Shown: piece after piece, positions 23,836 through 36,350 of the stretch
Numbering within the stretch: position 1 is the first letter of the stretch
Layout: each line of letters begins with the position of its first letter
Origin: Marsupella aquatica
Taxonomy: Eukaryota; Plantae; Marchantiophyta
Assembly (NCBI GenBank): GCA_973895155.1
Contig: OZ316898.1
Span: 8,605,079-8,669,078, forward strand
DNA: 64,000 nt
Direction: 5' to 3'
Notes under the pieces: model-generated
The model's input: the letters and a program-made list of their open reading frames with translations, nothing else
Told to the model about the DNA's origin: nothing
The model's database searches: none
Translations under genes and position numbers: made by a program

Positions 23836-25184
23836 GAAAGTAGAAGAAAAACTCACTAATTAAAATACAATTAAGGGAATAATGGAGCTACCAAAGACAG
23901 TCTTTCCATGAGTGGATCAGGGACACGTAAGCTATGGTCTGCCATCGCAGGAAAAGGTGCTGTATCAACCCACCATTGTTCTGGTAACGTTCCTAGAAGG
24001 GCGGAATTCTAGCAATATTCCTGACAGTGTCACTCCTCGAAACAATTTAATTTCTTCTCACAAGTGTCAAAACCACAGAGCTGATCGTATATTATTGTAA
24101 GGGAAACAGATCTTAAAAAGAAAGGTTGCTGCCAAGCCCGAAACTTAGGCTGGACGTTTTGGGAATTCAGCTGAGTCGAAGTGCCAGCAACAATAGTGCT
24201 TTGCCAAAGCAACAGGACCGTATTTTAGTCCGCTTTACTATCCGAATTGTTGACCAAATAGTTGACCATACTGTCTTTGCATTCTTTAGGATTGTTTTCA
24301 GAAATCTGACAGGAAACCTTTATCCTTTTCAATTCCAATCTACACAAGTCAAGTAGGAGACGAGGAAGGTCTCTCATGGATATACAGTAATTAAGGAAGG
24401 AGACAAGGAAGATCTCATGGTTCCTTCAACAAATGTGGGCAAGGAAACGTGTTAAACCTCCACTCTCTACCAAGTTCAGGGACAACAAAACAATGCACTT
24501 TTTCACTTTCTTAAGATTATTGAATAGTAAGTGATTTTGGTAACCTGATCCACCAGGTTTTACTTTGGGGATGAAGGCAGTATTCAAGGCCAAAGAAAAG
24601 GTGAATCAAGGTTTCAGACAGACTGAGGATAAGAAAGGAAACCCAGTACTCCTTATATGCCAATTATGGGCACTTGACAATGCCTCCAATCAATGCCTCA
24701 ATCTCCATTCTGTAGTACAGACTCCTCCGTTGGCAGGGGAGCATAAAAGTGCAGGAGCCAAGAATGGGACAAAAAGCAATGGAAGAGCACTCAGTGGAAC
24801 TAAAGGCAACGAGGCAAAAGGCCAGAATTCAAAAGGGAGTGGAGGAGAGGTGGGGAGTAGAAGGGGTCATGAAAGCCAGAATTGGAGACACTTGGGAAGC
24901 ATTGGAGAGGATAGTGGGCAGCAAGCAGTCAATGAAGGACTCAGCCATTGAAGGGCGAGGCATTATTTGGAGACGTCACCACAACACCAGGCAACGAAGG
25001 AGACTTTACATAGCAAGACTCTTTTTTTCAATGGCAAACGACCCTTGGATGGGTGACTACATGGCGTTCAGAGGTGCACGTGGTTGACCATATTGTATAT
25101 CTGGCAAGTCAGCTGCATGTCATCTTGGGGTGAAAACTCTCCTTGGGGTACAAAATTGTGCTCCGAGGTGGGATGTACATGACC

Positions 25185-25515
25185 TGGGGGCATAAATTAT
25201 CACTGTTCACCCATTCCAGCCGTGAAGTACACTGCACTAGAATTAAAATGATTGAGCCCAAATGTGGCAGGTCTCAAGAAAATAAATGAGACCCTAAATA
25301 AATATGGACTAGGCGCTCCATTCTTTAGACCATCTCAAGAAGTGGTCTAAGGCCTTAACTAAAAGCATGGCAACATGGGCAAAAAAATGGACCCACAACA
25401 GGCTCGATATGTAGTGGTTTTTCTAGTAATATTGTGTTGTGCCCCCAAGTTCAAATAAAATGAAAGTCAGGCCTGTTCCCACATTTGAGTGGCTAGCCTT
25501 GCATCTCAGATATAC
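25185..25515. repeat. Old dispersed repeat, similar to 43385-43715
   Basis: Collinear shared blocks GGGGGCA.AAA...TTCACCCATT, CAAATGTG.CAGGTCT, GTGGTCTAA and GTTCCCACATTTGA...TTGCATCTCA. Confidence 0.55.
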
Positions 25516-26888
25516 CATGCAGAAAAGAATGACTACCCTCCAAGTGCTTGTGAAGCCCCCCTAAGATGACTTAACAAGATATTTCCACCCACAGGAAAGA
25601 GAACTTGGGCAGGAGACGCACTTGAGTGGAAACCCAAAGACAGACGGTTTGGATCTATGACCATTCAATTGGATACCACCGGGAGACAAGTGACAACATA
25701 CTCAACTCTAGTCTGAGCTATAGTTGTCCTAGTCCAGCCCTCAATTTGTACTGCCAATCTATGTCTATGTCCAAATTTTGGCGCATTTGCTATTGGGTGA
25801 AGGGGCTTGCAGATGTTGCAAGATAGTATTTTAAAAAAAATGTGACTGTTTTGTCAACATCAATGAACCAGATCTGACTTTACATAGATCTAACAATCAT
25901 AAAGTGACCGTAAAAATATTAAAGTGCAAAAAATTTGCTAAGCAGAGGCTTCTCAGCTCATCAGAAGTCCCACATGCCCAAAATAACCAGGAAACAATGT
26001 CTCGTGTGAGTGATTAGCAAGGGACTTTTGGACTTGAGAGCTAATCTATGCCACATGGAATGATGCTGGGCGAGAGCAAATTAAAGTTTAAATGGGAGAA
26101 TGGATATTTGAGAGTGCGGGCATGATTACTTGATCAATCATGGAGTTGCGATTGAAAATTAATGATGGTGCCCAAGGAGTTGGGACTGTGGCATAAATAT
26201 TATGAAGTCGAGTATACACGTCTAAGTGCTAGGGGAGCCACAATCAATTGCCTCTGTAAACTTCTATTGACCCTGGTAATAATTAAGTCCACCATTATTT
26301 TGTATGAAAAGCGCTTTGGCACCAGCAAAAATGCTTTTGGCAGAATGGAAAATAACTGCACATAAAGATCATTTGACTTATTAAATTGGGAGAACATTAA
26401 TAACCAGAAACGTTCTGAGAATGCTAAAATACAAGGAGTTATATCAGAGATTCTTTCAACGGAAAATGAGTGACTCTTCACAACCGAGCACCGACAAGCG
26501 TGTGCCACATTTATTTGCCTTATATAGTACGGGAGATCATGGAAAAGCTTTGACGATGGAAATATATTGTGGTTCATTCTGGTAAATATACCCCAATCAA
26601 ACATCTTTGCCCTCGAATCCTTGTGCCCTAGTACAATATTCATTTCCTCCCAAAAGAACCATTTGACTAGAAACCTCATGAGTTGCACAGACATCTGGCA
26701 ATCATGCAAGAAAATAATTTCAACTATGAATGTGAAAGGTGTCTGCTCAGTTTCGAGTGTTGATGAAGGAAACCACATGTCTTGAGATCTTCAAAGCCAA
26801 GTCAAGCTTTACGTGAAGGAATAATGTGGACTAAACAAGAGTACAATATGCTTCTGAGGTTGGAAAGTGAATATTTTCCAGAGTAGTT

Positions 26889-27033
26889 TGCTTCATGGAC
26901 CCCCCAAAAGGAAAAGTGTTACTTCATGGGATCTCAAGGTTCTGGGTATGTTGATTCAAGGTCTATCAATGGTATAGATCACTTAGGGGTCCCATCAAGT
27001 AACATTTTTTTTATTTTGGGGGTCCATGAAGCA
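26889..27033. mobile_element. Palindromic MITE-like element (about 145 bp)
   Basis: Outer inverted repeat TGCTTCATGGACCCCC / GGGGGTCCATGAAGCA and inner inverted repeat TGTTACTT.ATGGGA / TCCCATCAAGTAACA. Related copies at about 7418-7503, 37375-37695 and 60095-60200. Confidence 0.75.
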
Positions 27034-27571
27034 TAAACCTACATTTTCCACGAAAGTCGCATATTGAGGAGAGTTGCAAAGGGGAAATTGTTTAGAACCC
27101 TTAAATCAACGTTGTACTTCTTTATAATGTGCAAATGATTGGTCACTTGGGAAAGTGGGTGCCTGGCAAATGTAGTGACAATAGTTACTTAGTTTGTTAC
27201 TCTCTTTTTTGCCTAAGAATTTATAGAATTGTATTCCATGACACAGCATACAAATAAGGAGGGCCCCATGTCTAAAAACAGTTCTCAAGACAATCAACCT
27301 CGTCTCGATGTTCCCCAACTGACAACAAGAATTCAAAGTGGATAATGCAGCCAATGATATTTTGACATTTGTGAGGCCGTGCAAATAGCTGTCTACACAT
27401 CCATATAATTCTGGCTGTTCTTTGACGCTTTTCCTCCAAAAATAAACTCGCTTCGAAAAGAACCAATAGTATGTGTGTTAGAAGACATCAATCTCAAAAC
27501 CTTTGGACAGGTGAGAAGGGGGGAGAAGGGTTCATATAAATCTTATGTTAGACCTCCAGAAAGAGAAGTGA

Positions 27572-27825
27572 AAACGCTACCTAGAGCTTTTTTCTATAAA
27601 ATAAAATAAAATAAAATTGCTTCCACTCTGTATAGTTTCAGCCAACAACTCCAGGACAAGTTCTCAAGTTTCTTCATGAAATCTAAGTAATTATATGAAA
27701 CGCTACCTAGAGCTTTTTTCTATAAAATAAAATAAAATAAAATTGCTTCCACTCTGTATAGTTTCAGCCAACAACTCCAGGACAAGTTCTCAAGTTTCTT
27801 CATGAAATCTAAGTAATTATATGAA
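27572..27825. repeat. Perfect 126-bp tandem duplication
   Basis: AAACGCTACCTAGAGC...AAGTAATTATATG occurs twice with no visible mismatch. Confidence 0.95.
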
Positions 27826-28459
27826 TAGGATCAAAATCTACTTTCAGACTTAATTCTAGAGTGAAGCCCTCTAGACCTTGACTCTTGGGGAATTGGGGTA
27901 ACTAAAGGTGAGGGTGAAAGTGGGAAACCGAGAGGTTTAGACTCTTGGGGAATTGGGGGCTGGGGTAACTAAAGCTGAGGGTGAAACTGGGAAACAGAGA
28001 GATTGGGAGGTGAGTCTCTGAAAATGGCGCAGCTAGCTCTGATGAGCATTCAGGCTAGTTGTAATAATAACCTGCAACTTGCCAGACCGTGGAATATGAG
28101 AATGATTCTGCTGATTGTGTAACTGAAGTTGGGGGTGCAGTGGCAAATGTCTCTGAAAATGGAGGAGTGGACCTCAATGTCCTCACCTTTGTTTAAGTTA
28201 TAACGAGCACTCAGGCTAGTGTGTAATCTAACAATCTGCCACTAGCCAGACAGTGGAATATATGAATGATTTGGTCATGTATTCCACTGACAATGAGCAG
28301 TCCACCTTTATACGTACACGCTCGAAAGGGCTGTTGGATATGAGTTCTCTGGGAACGTGGACTAAGGTAAGCGAAGTACTTTGTACGTAGGATTTCGAAT
28401 GGCAGGATTTCTTCCAAGGGCAGTAAATATCGTACGAGGATTTGGAGGAAATGATTTAG

Positions 28460-29945
28460 GAGGGGACCTTGTTGTAGTGGATCATGGTCATGAAGGCTTC
28501 TCCACGAGATTCCAGCCTGTGGAGTTTCATGTCCTGAGTGAATGAGTGAGTGAGCGTACTGTGAGCCGAGAGGGAAATGAATGATTCATGGGTCGACGAC
28601 CTTGATTGAAGGTCGTGTCGGCTTGATCGAACTGCAGCTCGGCATTTCAACCGGTTGAATTTTTCACGTTCGGAACGTACGTACAGCAGCACTGAAGCAT
28701 CTCGATCCTGAGTGAGGGAGAACCTGGAAAAACAAACGTACTCGATCGATGTCAAAGGCAGTCAGAACTGTCCAGTTGTAGTACAGCCAGGTCTCAAAGG
28801 TCAAGGAGCTAGCACTACAGTAGTTTTTGCAACACGGGGTCTGCACTGCACTGCAGTCTGCTCTATCTTATAAATGTAATGCTGCAGAGATCCAAGAGAG
28901 CTGACTAATCGGTCCAGAAAGCACTCTGTCACCAAACACTTCACTAGTAAGGCTATGGTTGCAGGAGTATCAGAGAGTGATCAGTCGAGCTCAGACAGTA
29001 CTAATTAATCAGAAACGTACAAGGGCAAAGGCGCCCCTCGAAGGGAGAGGCCTTGAAGGTAGCTCTCGCTAGCTGTTCGTGTGCGCCTGTCGGGTCTTAA
29101 CTTTACAGTTCTTACGCCCGGCTGCAACAGTACCTCAGCAGCTAATTAACTGTGCGATCAATCAGAAAGATACCCTCCAAATTTTCAACGAGACGGATCG
29201 ATCGATCGACCGAGCTAGTGACCTTCAGAGCTAGCACACAATGGTTCTGAATCTTGTTCTCGATGCACGGAGAGGAATCGAAGCAAGGCTTGTTCAAGAT
29301 TGATGTAAGAAACTTAACAGTCAGCCTTTTTGATGACAGAGCAGGCGCTGCAGTCGACTTTAGCAATCGTACTAGATAAACGAGGAGCTCGCTTGAGCTC
29401 GAGATGAAGGAACAACACAGGTAAACAAAAGCAAAGATGAAGCGAATCAAAGGCCGTGGAGGCGAAAGGCGATCGACGCTAAATCCGTCAGCAGTTGAGC
29501 AGCCAGCTGACGATAGAGTCGAGCTGACAGAGGAGGCGAGGCCATGGACGACCGATGGGACATGGAGGAGGAGGATCGAGAGTGACGGAGGTCCCCAGGG
29601 CATCAAATTTACACAGATGCGCATGAGGAAATGACCCAGCAGGCGGCTTTTAGAATTAATGCGAACGACTAGGCTTTTCGTGGCAACACACAAACTGCTG
29701 CAGCTTTTTCCACTGGCAGCAAAATAATGAGCGAGAAGCGAGCTCGAGTCCCACAACTCTCAAATAGAACACACACAAGCAGTAGTAAAGATCAAGCAGC
29801 TCATGGCTCTCGATAAGCTCGCTGGGCTGAAGATCCAGCGGCATACCCTGCACGCCTGCACAATACGCTGTCGAGGTCAAGGTCAGGAGCTAGGCCAGGA
29901 CTCAGGAGGAGATCACTGTGGCAGACTGGATTTGTATATTATAAA
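28460..29945 (-). ncRNA. Putative spliced non-coding transcript or long 5' leader
   Basis: TATA-like sequence at 29935-29947, a pyrimidine-rich leader on the minus strand, a donor GAG|GTACTG at 29134 and a strong acceptor TTTGTTTTTCCAG before 28723. No convincing ORF. Confidence 0.3.
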
Positions 29946-30427
29946 AGCGCGCATGGACACTGCTGGTTTATGGAAACGTTTGCCATGCAAGCAGACCCAT
30001 GTGTAGCAACCCAGCAGCAGAGCAGAGCAGCTGCTGCGGTGCGCTTTGCCTGGCCGGCCGATGGATAGATGGCTGGGTCTAGATGCCTCTAGCCAGCACC
30101 AGATTGGCCTGCTCGATTTGCACGTATGAGTTTTAATTTCACCCTGCCGAGCAATCAGCGATCTGATTGCTAATAATTAGGGATTTGCAGTGTAATTGCT
30201 CGATCGATGTCAATGCTCGGGATTGATGAATCGTGGTATGTTATACTGTATCAGAACAGAATTGAGGGGATACCCCGTACAGGTGTGTGAAGTATTGCTC
30301 ATGCCCCTGTACTCGAAGCAGCAAACCGTACCGCCACATTATTTTGTGAGCGCCTCCTTGTAATCCTTATATATGTCTCACGCCATCTATATGCCAAACA
30401 AGCAACAACGTGTGCCCGTCAGTCTCT

Positions 30428-30655
30428 ATGAACGCGCGACTTCCTTCATTGTTGCTCATATGCATGTCACTGACTACCGTAGTGAGTGACGCTCACGAAA
30501 CTTCTCAGAATCGAGGCGATTGGATTGTGTGCGGTGACCGCCCACCTTATTTAGATTGCTTGCGGGCTGTCGAATGGATCGAGCCAAGTCACGAGGTCTT
30601 CCACACAAACAAACTTTTCTTGTCAACCTCAGTGAGCAGCACTTTACGGCAATAA
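30428..30655 (+). CDS. Candidate small secreted Cys-containing peptide (75 aa, or exon 1 of a longer gene or pseudogene)
   Basis: TATATA at 30368-30373. The N-terminus MNARLPSLLLICMSLTTVVSDA looks like a signal peptide, and the mature part contains WIVCGDRPPYLDCLRAVEWI. Confidence 0.4.
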   Translation: MNARLPSLLLICMSLTTVVSDAHETSQNRGDWIVCGDRPPYLDCLRAVEWIEPSHEVFHTNKLFLSTSVSSTLRQ

Positions 30656-33203
30656 TTGGATTTTATTAAGGGCTCCGCAATGGCGCATCCTGAACAAAAA
30701 TTCATCCTCTGGGATCGGGGCCTAATGTACTCATAAATATATTAACTGAGAGAAGCAAGGGAATAGATTGCTTGCTTGCAACAGTGAGAGACCCAGAGTG
30801 CCATGTGTTTCGCTGTCAGGGGAAGGGAAGAGAGGGGGAGATCCTCGGTGACCGACTTTGGCCCAGTCGGCAACGTGGTGGCTGTCCTAGTCGCGTCAGG
30901 ACACTCATGCAACCGAATTGCTCACGAGTAACTGAAAAAAGACTCAGACAATCATAGTATTGGACACAGACCCGACGGAAGCAAAAGTCGCTCGTGACTA
31001 GGATGAGCAAGCAGGTTGAGCTTTTGTAACTAACTACTTGTAGTCTCGTACCCAGGGTATATCCTGATCGATACACAATGTCACTCGTGACTCTGATCGG
31101 CCAAATTAAAGTAACTCCAGCAGTTTGTGAAACCCCATCGCGTAGCTGTCTAGCGAAGTGTCAATTTCACAGGGAAAACTTGGCCCAATTCAAGCCGGGC
31201 CTGTCTCCGCTGCAAATATCGTCACATGCGTCCCTCGCTACAACATTCTTCGACCATGCACAACGACGACGACAGGCAACGCAATCGTGAATACTCACGC
31301 AATGAACTGGCCCCCTCGGAGTCGTAACGTACTTGACAGCAGCGAACATAGAGGTTGATAGAGACAACGCTTCCGAGAATTACGACAGAAAGCAGATGTA
31401 AGCGTGGTCAAACACATGCACATGAAATGAACGATTTTAAATCACCAAATTTGCATGAACGATAGTAATCGAGACATGCACAGTTGCGCTGGAGCAAACT
31501 TCTTGAGCCGCAGTCCAGGAGCAGCACCAGAAGCCCACGAATAAAAGAAAGAGGCCCGTGCTCAAAAGGAAGCAAGCCATCCTCTCCAATACAAGGACTC
31601 TCTCACGCAGGTCAGAAATACTCAGATGCTGATACTATCTCGAGCCACTTTTCTATTGTATTACTACGATGCTACGTGCATTGTGCATATCAATCGGTCT
31701 GGTCGCAGCTTTTTTTGTTGAACGCAATCCCAATAGCCACATTAATGTAACATATAACAACACAAGAAATAACAACCTCGAGAGTTGAGTGAGTGAACAC
31801 GAGCTGGACATGCCCATTGTCGATTGGAAGACATTCAACGTCAGGTCTGTACGGGGAAGAATCTAATGGCTTTTCAGAAATATTTGATAATATTGTCAGG
31901 CAAGTGTGCGTCAGGAGCTGACAGATCTGCAAAGGTTCCAATTCTAACTAAGCCCTAAGTAAGACTAGACATTGTTGGGAGTTCGCTCTTCCGGAGATTC
32001 ATTTAATGGAAGAGCAAAATTGCACGGGGCACAGCCCGGATTTTGATAAGGCTGGTTGATTTTGGTACTCTTGCTCATCGATCGAAGCAGCTGCAGAATG
32101 AGCTCGACGTCGTCGCCTACGAGCAGCCAGAGGTCACAGGATTTGTCATCGCTTCCCAAGACAGGGACATGAAGTTGCTCAAGGAAAGTTCGCCATCGCG
32201 TGTCACAGCTGGCCTGGGTAGCGACGTGACTAAAGCAGGCAGCAATCACATCTCAATACAGATGCTCTCAGATTGATGTCCTCTCTATTCCCTTGTGGGA
32301 GTAAAGCTATAACTCAACGCGGGTCCTACGACTTGGAGATAACTACGTCCTAACTAAGTAGTTATCGTCGACTTATGAGCACTAGCTTGTGATGCCCGGC
32401 CCTCAGTGCAGCATATTTATCATCACTGCACTCTCGTCCCCGCGCACAAGCTCCAAATCAAACATCATGTCTCAATAACCTACCCTAAATAAAATACGGT
32501 GTACGAATAGAGCCACACTCTGATCTCACTCACTGCTCACAAAAGTCATCTAGCTCGTCACGGCTTCTAGCAAAGCATGGTAAACTTCGCAAAGATGCAC
32601 ACATGGGAAGCGAGGCCGCACGAGCCGTGAGCAGAAACCAGGATTAGGAGTGGGGGCTCACTAGCTAGCGTGTTGTTGGTCGACGATAGCTGTAGCTATA
32701 CACAAACTAAAACCCTTTGATCCTCAGAAATGTAGAAATGTCTGCTACTGAACAAATGCCAGCACTTAGCATGAGAAGAATCCAGCTAGTGCAGTACAAC
32801 TCCTCCAATCGCTCCTGAAAAATATGGTGGCAGTATTGTGCTCTGTTGCTTGGCTACTAGCTCGTTGAAAGCTCGTTCTAATCGTCGCAGGCAAGTTCAA
32901 TTGCGAATCCCTGTGGGTGAGACATGCACCAGGTCTCTAGCGAGCATTTTGTGCCCTAAGGCTGGAAAGTGCTGCAGTTTAGGCCCTCCATTCCAAGTCG
33001 ATCACTACAAGCAATGCATCGTTGACTACGTAAAACAATTCTAATTGAGGAGCATCGTGATTGATCAATCAATAACTTCTGGCCTGGGCATCTCCCTCGT
33101 CACGTCCCCCTTCTACTCTAAGTCTGTGAAGCCGAAATTGTTTTTTACGATCCCGGCAGAAAGACACACGCGGAGTCGATGCCCAGCTCAGAAGTCGGGA
33201 GAA

Positions 33204-34792
33204 CTATCGTTCCATAACCGCAACAGGCACCTCTTGGCATGGAGGCCCCACGAGCTTCAACATATTACTCCAGTAGTCTTTGCTCGCCAATGGACTCGCA
33301 ACATCACCCCAGTTCATTCCTTCCGATTCAGATTTGGTCGAGCCCATGGCGCTGTCCACGAGGTCCAGTAACATTTCTGGCGGAAGCTGGGCCATTTCTG
33401 GTGGAAGATGCGCGAGAGAGCCATAGCTACTGCTGCTGTCCTCGTCGCTGAAAGAATGGCAACTGCGACCGTCACTCTCGCAGGGGATGGCGGAGTCGAG
33501 TTGAACTAATGGCTGCTGCTGCCAGAAACCCTCCTGAACGCAAGTTCCCTCGTCCACATACGTCCCAGGTCCGTGCGTAAACATAGGAGATCCATCACCG
33601 ATAAGGGTTGGAAAAGAGGTGACGGCAGTGCTGCTCTGCATGAGCCTCTCGCATTGCTGCATCAGGGCCTCATTGCTCACAAGACTGTCCGAGCTATAAC
33701 CACTGTCGTGGCTGTCATACACACGTAGCGTCGAGGTCGGGGACATAATGTCCTCCACTGCTGTGGGTGTGACCGGCGTGCTCACAGACGCTGCCAACGA
33801 GGAGATGTGGTTCAGCAAAAGGGCTGCCCCTGCCGAGTCAAAGTCCAGAGGCGGAGCTGGAGACGACGTTGCCGAACAATTTCTACTAAGGTCGACATTC
33901 GATACCATTTGTGACTGTAACTGAACCCATTCCTGTGGTAGAGTTGACGGTATCTGCACAGATGGGATATCTGCCCGCAGAGAATCACTCCCTTTCCATG
34001 AATTCAAGAGCACATCAGACGTAGTACGCCTAGACAGACGTGCTTCCGCCTCCAGACGAGCGCTGTCCCATTGCGCCAGATGGCTCAGCTTTGAGCACGT
34101 CAGGGGAGGAGACTGCGTCGCTTTGTGCGTAACTGGATCGATGCCCATGTGCAGAAGCCTCTTCTTCAGGTGGGTGTTCCAGTAGTTTTTAATTTCGTTG
34201 TCTGTGCGTCCTGGGAGGTGAGCCGCAATGGCAGACCATCTGCACATCGACAGTAATCAGGAAATGTCAAACATCCCTCGTGTCACATGAATGATCAATC
34301 TACGACCAGCACCAAATCACATAATTGATTACAATGCAACATTCAGAGAGGTAGAACGCGCGCGAGTCGGCCTGGAGGCCAAAACCTACCGATTGCCAAG
34401 GATAGCATGGAGGTGGATGATGAGTTGCTCTTCGTCAAGTGAGAAGCGACCCCTCTTGATGTCTGGCCTTAGATAGTTCGTCCACCGCAATCGACAGCTC
34501 TTTCCACACCGGAGGAGACCTGCAAAATTGAGCACCAAACTTCACATCAGCTGCTGGACAGGTCGGTGTGAAGGCCGTGGGTGAGTTACTCAAATGTCAC
34601 GCTGCCGCAGCACCATCGGACTTAAAAAAATGCAACCAATGCAACAAATTGGTCCTCACCAGCATGTTTGGGAAGAGCTCGCCAGCTGCCGTGTCCGTGA
34701 CGCTGAATGTATGCAACCAGCTTCTGATCCTCGTCTGGAGTCCAGGGGCCCTTCTTCAGCCCTTGCTTATCGCAGCACGGTGCTCGCCCCAT
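33204..34792 (-). CDS. MIXTA: R2R3-MYB transcription factor, subgroup 9 (MIXTA/MYB16/MYB106-like), 432 aa
   Basis: Exons 34792-34660 (133 bp), 34519-34390 (130 bp) and 34239-33204 follow the canonical R2R3-MYB layout. Sequence [25 protein letters not shown]...[40 protein letters not shown] is followed by the subgroup-9 motif [18 protein letters not shown]. Confidence 0.96.
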
Positions 34793-36116
34793 TTCTCCTC
34801 ACTTGCCACTGCGTCTCTCTCGCTCTCTCTCTTCCTCCCCCTCTACTCTTTCTCTCTCTCGCTTTCTCTCTCTCTGACAAAGAAAACTACGATTTCACCG
34901 GGTGTTCGCCGCCTTCCTACTTACTTCTGAGGATGCCTTTGCAAAAGCTACAAGATGGCCATCTTGGCGCGATTCACTGTTTGAGTTTGAGTCCCAGCGA
35001 GTATTCAATCCCACCCAGCATATACGCAGCCTTGCGAGCTAGTAGCGAGGAGGAATGAATCCCTCTCCTGTAAGTTGTCTCCGCTAGCCGCTTTTGTGGC
35101 AAGATCAATCTCACAATGATTTCCTTGCAGCCCTTCAGCCACCCTTTCACACTTCCCCTCCTCACTCCCTAACCCCTCCCGTCCTCTGCTAGTCTCCTCG
35201 CATCGGTATATTCTACTAGGGGCCCGGATGATCAGGATCGCCACCAGATTTGCAATAAAAAACTAAACTCCTGCGGGACCCTCTCCTCTCCGCTCACCTG
35301 AACTCAACTCACCTCACCTCGGCTCACCTCCGCTCAGCTCAGCCTCAGGAGCTAGCTCTGTTGTCTACAGATCTAGCCTAATTTAATTACCATCGGAGCA
35401 AAAGCGTCCTCCTCGTCCGAAAGGTGCTCCCCCTGGATGCGGCATCAGGCGCATAGATAGAAAGACGCATGCTTTTGCTGGCTATGTGGCGAACTGGCAA
35501 CTGAAATTCTCTCTCAACGCTGGCCCCGAGAAAGAAAAGCAGGAGACCGAGAGGAGAAAAAGCGGACAATCCCTCATCCAGCAGTCTCCGCAACACGACG
35601 ACCTACGTTGAATCCCTGTCTCTTCTTCCCGACCCACGCCCCCCGCTGGTGGAGCCTCCCTACCAGTCTATCAAATACAGTGTAATCACTTATTCCTCCC
35701 TTCCTTCTTCCTCTCCGCCTTCAGCTCAAGCAAATCACAGCAGCCCTCGAATCGAATGCGTCCACCCAGCCCAAATCACAAACCCAGATGAATAGCTGAT
35801 CCCTACGACAGACAGGATCTCGAGAGCGAAATGATGGACCCACGAAAACACCCAATCCAATCCCTCCACTGTTGTTCGAAATCCTATTCTCCCACTTTAT
35901 TTAAAATCCCCACCACCAGAAACACCGCCCACCTCAAACCCCAAAAGCAATCAAATGACCTGCTCTGGAAATCTGCAATGCTGGAATCCACCTCTCCTCA
36001 AGAACACGACGAAGCAGCCGATCTCTTCACTTTCCTCCTTCTCTCTTCTGCCCTTTTCGTCACGACAGTGTGTGGATCACCTTTCCTCCCTCTCTCCTCC
36101 TTTTTCGTTACTGCGA

Positions 36117-36350
36117 TTTCGTTCCTTTCCTTTCCTTTCCTTTCCTTTCCTTTCCTTTCCTTTCCTTCCGTTCGTTCGTTCGTTCGCCGTCCGTTCGTCC
36201 GTCCATCCGTCCGTCCGTCCGTCCGTCGTGCTGTCATCGGGCCCCGACCCGACCCCGACCCGACCGGACCGGACCGGACCGACCTGCCCGGAGCCAGGTC
36301 AGGAAAGGCCCACACCTGTCCTGGTGTGCCGTGCCGTGCCGTGCCGTGCC
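36117..36350. repeat. Compound microsatellite cluster upstream of the MYB
   Basis: Consecutive (TTTCC)n, (TTCG)n, (GTCC)n, (CCCGA)n, (CCGGA)n and (GTGCC)n tracts. Confidence 0.95.

Noticed and set aside
26200-26778. 192-aa minus-strand ORF
   Set aside because: No motif or splice support; it lies in degenerate repeat-like sequence.
28789-28808. tasiARF-like sequence (CCTTGACCTTTGAGACCT on the minus strand) suggesting a TAS3 locus
   Set aside because: The match is imperfect and I found no credible flanking miR390 sites.
29142-29756. 204-aa minus-strand ORF
   Set aside because: It has a non-ATG start and a Ser/Leu-rich composition typical of translated pyrimidine-rich leaders.
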